Assembly (NCBI GenBank): GCA_029248915.1
Contig: JAQWIK010000109.1
Coordinates: 10,563-74,562 of the forward strand
From: Paracoccaceae bacterium
Lineage (GTDB): Bacteria > Pseudomonadota > Alphaproteobacteria > Rhodobacterales > Rhodobacteraceae
Reading direction: 5' to 3'
DNA length: 64,000 nt
The first letter of the stretch is position 1. Every line of letters starts with the position of its first letter. Positions 59,159 to 64,000 of this stretch are shown piece after piece. Made by a program: the position numbers and the translations under genes. The notes beneath the pieces are model-generated. The model did not search any database, was not told the DNA's origin, and was given only the letters and a program-made list of their open reading frames with translations.

Positions 59159-60727
59159 ATGTCTACTTTGAAATGGTGGGAAAACGCCGTAATCTACCAA
59201 ATTTATCCCAGGTCATTTCAGGACTCAAATAGCGATGGCATTGGTGATCTCAACGGCATCGCCTCAAGATTGAATTATATTGCAGATCTTGGTGTTGATG
59301 CTATCTGGGTTAGCCCCTTTTTCATGTCTCCTCAATATGACTTCGGCTATGACGTATCTAACTATTGCGATATTAACCCTGAGTATGGGACCCTTACTGA
59401 TTTTGATAATCTAATTCAGAAAACTCATAAGCTTGGTTTACGCCTTATGATAGATATTGTCCCCGCACATTGTTCTTCCTTGCACCCTTGGTTTGAAGAA
59501 AGCCGCCAGTCTAGACATAACTCAAAAGCTGACTGGTTTCATTGGGTAGATCCAAAACCAGACGGATTACCACCTAATAATTGGTTATCGTTTTTTGGAG
59601 GCTTAGCTTGGTCTTGGGAACCACGGCGTCAACAATACTATTTACATAATTTTTTACCAGAGCAGCCAAATTTAAATCATGCGAACCCTCAGGTGCGTGA
59701 CGAGTTAAATAAAATAGCAAGATTTTGGTTTGACCGTGGCGTGGATGGTTTCAGATTAGACGCAGTCCACACAATCAACGGAGATACTGCACCTTACAGA
59801 GATAATTTAGCAGATCCAAATTTTGTTCTCGGGCCCTTACCCCAAGACAAACAACCTTCTTTTAGACAATTGCATGACGTGGCTCAACTTAATCAGCCAG
59901 TGATCCAGAGCTTTAGTTCAGCTTATAGAAAAATAGCTGACGAGTATGAAGGTGATCGCTTTCTTATGGGAGAGGTGGATGGAGACGAAGGTAATGCTAT
60001 GAACGTCAGTAAGACGTTTTCAGAACCTGGTCGGCTCCACGCAACTTATAATTTTGATCTGCTTGAATGGTCAGGATTGACAGTCTCTGAACTTAAAGAA
60101 GCTATTTCAAATGCAATAAAGGTTTTCAACGGATCAGGTCGACTATGCTTTGCCTTTTCTAACCACGACGTTCCAAGATCAGCAACTCGCCAACTGGAGC
60201 CACTTGAAATTTCACTGGATAAACAAGATAATTTGCAGCTGTTACTTCTTCAGCTGGAAACATCACTTATTGGCTCAACCTGTATCTATCAGGGTGAAGA
60301 ATTAGGTCTTTGTGACGTTACTGATATTCCTGTAACAAAAATGAAAGACCCCTGGGGTATAAACTTTCATCCTGAATTCTTAGGAAGAGATACATGCAGA
60401 ACACCTATGGTCTGGAATAAGAAACAGTCTATGGGTGGATTTACATCAGGAAATCAGTCCTGGTTACCAATAGCTGAACCTCATTTAGAAAAGGCCGCAC
60501 TGGAAATGGCAATAAATACTAAATCTGTATACAGTAAGTTTTCAAAATTCTTAAAATGGCGGAAAAAGCAGCCAGCGATGATGCATGCTAATATCATGTC
60601 AGAAGTGTCTGGTGGCCCTAAAGAAATAATTTTTGATAGAATGAGTGACTCTCAAAAATTGAGATGTAAATTTGATTTTGAAATGGTTAAAGCCACCTTT
60701 GAAGAGGTAAAGTATGGCACAAGTTGA
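59159..60727 (+). CDS. aglA: GH13 alpha-glucosidase (AglA / oligo-1,6-glucosidase-like)
   Basis: 522 aa. WWENAVIYQIYPRSFQDSNSDGIGDL start. Conserved regions DIVPAH (I), GFRLDAVH (II, nucleophile Asp), GEVDG (III, acid/base Glu) and FSNHDVPR (IV) are all present. Confidence 0.88.
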   Translation: MSTLKWWENAVIYQIYPRSFQDSNSDGIGDLNGIASRLNYIADLGVDAIWVSPFFMSPQYDFGYDVSNYCDINPEYGTLTDFDNLIQKTHKLGLRLMIDIVPAHCSSLHPWFEESRQSRHNSKADWFHWVDPKPDGLPPNNWLSFFGGLAWSWEPRRQQYYLHNFLPEQPNLNHANPQVRDELNKIARFWFDRGVDGFRLDAVHTINGDTAPYRDNLADPNFVLGPLPQDKQPSFRQLHDVAQLNQPVIQSFSSAYRKIADEYEGDRFLMGEVDGDEGNAMNVSKTFSEPGRLHATYNFDLLEWSGLTVSELKEAISNAIKVFNGSGRLCFAFSNHDVPRSATRQLEPLEISLDKQDNLQLLLLQLETSLIGSTCIYQGEELGLCDVTDIPVTKMKDPWGINFHPEFLGRDTCRTPMVWNKKQSMGGFTSGNQSWLPIAEPHLEKAALEMAINTKSVYSKFSKFLKWRKKQPAMMHANIMSEVSGGPKEIIFDRMSDSQKLRCKFDFEMVKATFEEVKYGTS

Positions 60728-61772
60728 ACTTAAAAATGTTGCGAAGTCTTTTGGAAAAACAGAAGTTATAAGAGACGTACACTTATCAATAGAAAAGGGG
60801 GAATTCGTTGTCTTCGTTGGCCCATCTGGTTGTGGGAAATCAACGCTACTGAGGCTAATTGCTGGTTTGGAAAACCTAACAGAAGGTGAAATTATAATAG
60901 CAGACAAACCAGTTATGGATTTACCTCCATCTGAACGCGGAATTGCTATGGTTTTTCAGTCATACGCTCTTTATCCACATATGTCTGTTTTTCAAAATAT
61001 GGCTTTTTCTTTAAGTCTCCAAAGCTTATCAAAAGATGATATCAAGAAACGAGTAGAGGCGGCAGCTAAAATTCTTCAAATGGAGCATCTTCTGGACCGT
61101 AGGCCAGCTGCGTTGTCTGGTGGACAGCGGCAACGTGTTGCTATTGGACGAGCGATCGTTAGAAATCCTGATGTATTTTTATTTGATGAACCGCTCTCAA
61201 ATTTAGATGCTGCACTACGACATGATACGCGCGTTGAGATCGCCAAATTACATAAGCAATTAGATGCTACAACTATATACGTAACCCATGATCAGGTTGA
61301 AGCCATGACCTTAGCTGACAAAATAGTTGTCCTAAAAGATGGAGAAATTATGCAAGTGGGATCGCCAATGGAATTATTCAATACGCCTGCAAATGAGTTT
61401 GTTGCTGGATTTCTTGGTTCACCAAAAATGAACTTTTTTGATGGGAATTTATCAAAAGTTACTAAAAGTGGCTCAACAGGGTCTTTTGCTGGAGAAGGTT
61501 TTACGGCAAATAGTATTCGGCTTAATTCACCAGAAAAGCGAGCTGAAGAAAAAATACTGTTGGGTATTCGCCCACAGCACTTACAAATCGATGTAAAAGG
61601 TAACTTGTCAGGTAAAGTGACATTAGTCGAAAAACTTGGAACGGAAACTGTTGTTGAATTGATTACTGAAAATGGAACCCCCTTCAGATATGCGGCGGCA
61701 GAAACTCCCAATATAACAACTGGAGACAAGCTAAAATTTAAATTCGAAAGTGATAAAGCTCACTTATTTTAA
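60714..61772 (+). CDS. aglK: Sugar ABC transporter ATP-binding protein (MalK/UgpC/AglK type)
   Basis: 352 aa. Walker A GPSGCGKST, signature LSGGQRQR, Walker B FLFDEPLS and a C-terminal TOBE-like domain. Overlaps the GH13 gene by 14 nt. Confidence 0.9.
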   Translation: MAQVELKNVAKSFGKTEVIRDVHLSIEKGEFVVFVGPSGCGKSTLLRLIAGLENLTEGEIIIADKPVMDLPPSERGIAMVFQSYALYPHMSVFQNMAFSLSLQSLSKDDIKKRVEAAAKILQMEHLLDRRPAALSGGQRQRVAIGRAIVRNPDVFLFDEPLSNLDAALRHDTRVEIAKLHKQLDATTIYVTHDQVEAMTLADKIVVLKDGEIMQVGSPMELFNTPANEFVAGFLGSPKMNFFDGNLSKVTKSGSTGSFAGEGFTANSIRLNSPEKRAEEKILLGIRPQHLQIDVKGNLSGKVTLVEKLGTETVVELITENGTPFRYAAAETPNITTGDKLKFKFESDKAHLF

Positions 61773-61799
61773 GCCAAATATTTATTCTAAATATGAGAC

Positions 61800-62573
61800 T
61801 TAATCTATCCACCTAGGTTTAGTCTTGTTTAGGAAGGCATCTATCCCGTGGCTGGCTTCCTCTCCCTCCCATATATCTGCTAACCGCTCTATAGTTCCTT
61901 CTATAACTTGCTCATCGATCCTCGGTCCTAGCGATCTTAACAGAGCTTTTGCTTCACCAACCGCTTTCGGTGCTGTTTGCAAATATGGATTGAGATGGCT
62001 CTCAACAGATTGATCAAGATTTTCTGAAATTTCTGATACTATGTTTAATTTTTTTGCCTCTACCTCGTTGAAAGTCTGACCTGACATAAATACTTCACGA
62101 GCTTTTGCCTCTCCCATTTTCCCAACAACATATGGTCCAATTGTGGAGGGTATCAGGCCCAAACGCGTCTCAGTAAAGCCAAATTTTACATTCGAACTTG
62201 ATATAACAAAATCACACACACAGGCTAAACCAACCCCACCTCCATATGCAGCGCCATGTAATTTCCCAATGAGGGGTACAGGAATTTCATTCAGCGCTTT
62301 TAACATCATGGCCAGTTTCCTAGCTTCAGAAATTCTTGTCAGCCTATCCGCTTTAATTTGGTTATTCATCCAGTCTAAATCTCCACCAGCACAAAATAAC
62401 TTACCAGCTCCCTGAATAACCACAGCGCGGGTATCAGGAGTTAACTTGGAAGTAAAACCTGTTAACTCTTCTATCATTTTTGCTGAGAGGGCATTACGTT
62501 TCTCCGGCCTATTCAAGGTAAGTGATACAACACCCCTTTTATCTTGATTAAACAATAAAGTTTCAAAATTCAT
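61800..62573 (-). CDS. Enoyl-CoA hydratase/isomerase family protein (probably methylglutaconyl-CoA hydratase)
   Basis: 257 aa. Crotonase fold with FCAGGDL and the GGGVGLA oxyanion hole. ATGA overlap with the upstream HMG-CoA lyase suggests a role in leucine catabolism. Confidence 0.75.
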   Translation of the reverse strand: MNFETLLFNQDKRGVVSLTLNRPEKRNALSAKMIEELTGFTSKLTPDTRAVVIQGAGKLFCAGGDLDWMNNQIKADRLTRISEARKLAMMLKALNEIPVPLIGKLHGAAYGGGVGLACVCDFVISSSNVKFGFTETRLGLIPSTIGPYVVGKMGEAKAREVFMSGQTFNEVEAKKLNIVSEISENLDQSVESHLNPYLQTAPKAVGEAKALLRSLGPRIDEQVIEGTIERLADIWEGEEASHGIDAFLNKTKPRWID

Positions 62574-63412
62574 TGACTAAGACTCCTCGCAAACTGAGCT
62601 GCTGTTTTTAGATTTTCTCTTTTGATACCAGTGCGAAAGCCTGTACTCTCTAAAAAATCAACCACTGCTTCCGTCGACACATTACCTTTTGCTCCAGGGG
62701 CGTAGGGACAACCACCCAAACCAGCGATAGAGGAATCAAAAGTTGTAATTCCAAATTCCGATGCAATGGCAATATTTTCAATCGCTTTTCCTTGTGTGTC
62801 ATGGAAATGTACTGCTAACTCCTTTGTTTGAAATACAGACAAAAGCTCCGACAATAGTTTTTTTGTGCTGTCTGGGTTAGCCGACCCCAAAGTATCACCT
62901 AAAGAAATCTCATAACACCCCATAGCCAGCAATTCTTCAGCAACTTTGATAACCTTATCGGGATTTGTAGGGCCATCATATGGGCAGTCCGTTACGCAAG
63001 AAACATATCCCCTTACAGGCATTGGTGCAGCATCCACAATTGGTCTAAATAATTGCAAGCTCTCTTTAATACTTTTGTTAATGTTGGCTTTTGAAAATCC
63101 CTCTGAGGCAGATCCAAATACTGCTATCTCGTCAGCTTTAGACTGAATGGCGCGATCCAATCCCTGTTCATTAGGCGTTAACGCCGTATAGGAAACACCC
63201 GGTTCCCGCTGAATACCATCCATGACCTGCTCTCCATCAGCCATTTGCGGAACCCATCTAGAACTTACAAAACTGGCAGTCTCTATTTTACTTAATCCAC
63301 TTTTTGATAACAGATTAACAAGTTTTATTTTTTCGATGGTATTGATAAATATGCTTTCATTTTGAAGACCATCTCTTGGACCCATCTCAAAAATAGTGAC
63401 ATCAGTTTCCAT
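62570..63412 (-). CDS. Hydroxymethylglutaryl-CoA lyase
   Basis: 280 aa. IFEMGPRDGLQNE start, HFHDT and GLGGCPYAPGAKGNV motifs. Confidence 0.9.
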   Translation of the reverse strand: METDVTIFEMGPRDGLQNESIFINTIEKIKLVNLLSKSGLSKIETASFVSSRWVPQMADGEQVMDGIQREPGVSYTALTPNEQGLDRAIQSKADEIAVFGSASEGFSKANINKSIKESLQLFRPIVDAAPMPVRGYVSCVTDCPYDGPTNPDKVIKVAEELLAMGCYEISLGDTLGSANPDSTKKLLSELLSVFQTKELAVHFHDTQGKAIENIAIASEFGITTFDSSIAGLGGCPYAPGAKGNVSTEAVVDFLESTGFRTGIKRENLKTAAQFARSLSQ

Positions 63413-63542
63413 TTTGCGTACCTCTAGAGCACAGTAACAAGAGAAGATTGATAAGCAAGATCACACTTTTAGAAGGCTAAAGTTTTTTCTTGCAGATTCA
63501 CGTTAACACTGCTTTGAATTTAGTATGGTTGGGAGCATCAAT

Positions 63543-64000
63543 GTGGATTATTTTTCACCAAATTTATTAGCTGAAATAAGAGATAAATTCGCGTTTGTTG
63601 AAGACTGCCCATTCGAGGGGAAACGAGTTTTTTTTGAGAATGCTGGAGGTGCTTTGACTCTAAAATCAGTGGTGGAAACTTCCTCTAAATTTGCAGCAAT
63701 TCCTGATAATCAAGGGCGTGCAAACCCAGCAAGCATGGCTTTAATGGGTATCATTCAGGAAGCTAAAAATGATGCCTCAAAACTTTTTGGATCTACGACA
63801 GGGCAGTTTTTTGTTGGTGAAAGTGGAACAGAATTATTATTCCGCCTTGTTAGAAATGCCGCTACTTCAGCAAAAGCAGGAGGGAATATATTAGGCAGTA
63901 GTTTTGAACATCCTGCGACAAGAAGTGCAGCAAAACATTGGGCTTCACAAACAAAACGTCAGTATATCAATGTACAACATGAAGATAGTAGTGGAGATGT
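63543..64000 (+). CDS. Class V aminotransferase-fold PLP enzyme (cysteine desulfurase-like), N-terminal fragment running off the right edge
   Basis: Not in the ORF track because it is open-ended. The frame is open from GTG 63543 (GGGAG SD 7 nt upstream; alternative ATG 63525) to the window end: VDYFSPNLLAEIRDKFAFVEDCPFEGKRVFFENAGGALTLKSVVE... The FENAGGA start is typical of class V aminotransferases. Confidence 0.45.
   Translation, partial: MDYFSPNLLAEIRDKFAFVEDCPFEGKRVFFENAGGALTLKSVVETSSKFAAIPDNQGRANPASMALMGIIQEAKNDASKLFGSTTGQFFVGESGTELLFRLVRNAATSAKAGGNILGSSFEHPATRSAAKHWASQTKRQYINVQHEDSSGD

Noticed and set aside
60599-60907. 102-aa minus-strand ORF across the GH13/ATPase junction
   Set aside because: It lies antisense to two well-supported genes and has no independent signal.
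61292-61729. 145-aa minus-strand ORF
   Set aside because: It lies antisense to the C-terminal half of the MalK/AglK-type ATPase and is a shadow ORF.
61800-63412. HMG-CoA lyase plus enoyl-CoA hydratase as part of the sulfosugar locus
   Set aside because: They are on the opposite strand and convergent with the ATPase gene. They form a self-consistent leucine-catabolism pair and have no functional link to sugar desulfonation.

Overview
This is a gene-dense, visibly AT-rich chromosomal segment. I support about 65 CDS and found no rRNA, tRNA, CRISPR, IS or phage genes. Gene content and synteny suggest a streamlined marine alphaproteobacterium, probably Rhodobacterales-like: rpmB, meaB, hrpB, truA, argD-argF, proC, lgt, trxB, purE-purK, groES-groEL, rpoH, gshB, rsmI divergent from an lpoA-like gene, glnD-murJ-trpS, nifU-tsaB-rimI. 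That assignment is inference only. Many neighbouring genes overlap by 1-20 nt, consistent with operons and a compact genome.

Roughly 0-50 kb is housekeeping. Noteworthy details there:
- a symmetric variant of the CIRCE operator in front of groES
- a sigma-32-like promoter in front of hsp20
- a ThiF/MoeB enzyme with a three-helix membrane anchor
- a rhomboid-like protein that seems to lack the catalytic dyad
- a BMP-family nucleoside ABC transporter with a hairpin after its binding-protein gene

The accessory-looking part is 50.6-61.8 kb. A HutC-type GntR regulator and a Gfo/Idh/MocA oxidoreductase are transcribed divergently from an SsuD-family flavin monooxygenase, a YdhF-type aldo-keto reductase and a flavin reductase. 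After a 215-bp spacer carrying a perfect 16-bp palindrome comes an agl-order operon: binding protein, two permeases, GH13 alpha-glucosidase, ATPase.

The monooxygenase/reductase/AKR/GntR/sugar-ABC parts list matches the sulfoquinovose monooxygenase (sulfo-SMO) pathway of Agrobacterium, but the GH31 sulfoquinovosidase is missing. In its place are a GH13 enzyme and an NAD-type oxidoreductase. I regard this as the most interesting candidate system in the window: oxidative desulfonation of a sulfosugar or another sulfonated alpha-glycoside. This is a gene-content inference and needs homology searches and biochemistry.

All calls come from reading the ORF track and the sequence by eye. Start codons I changed are explained per feature.
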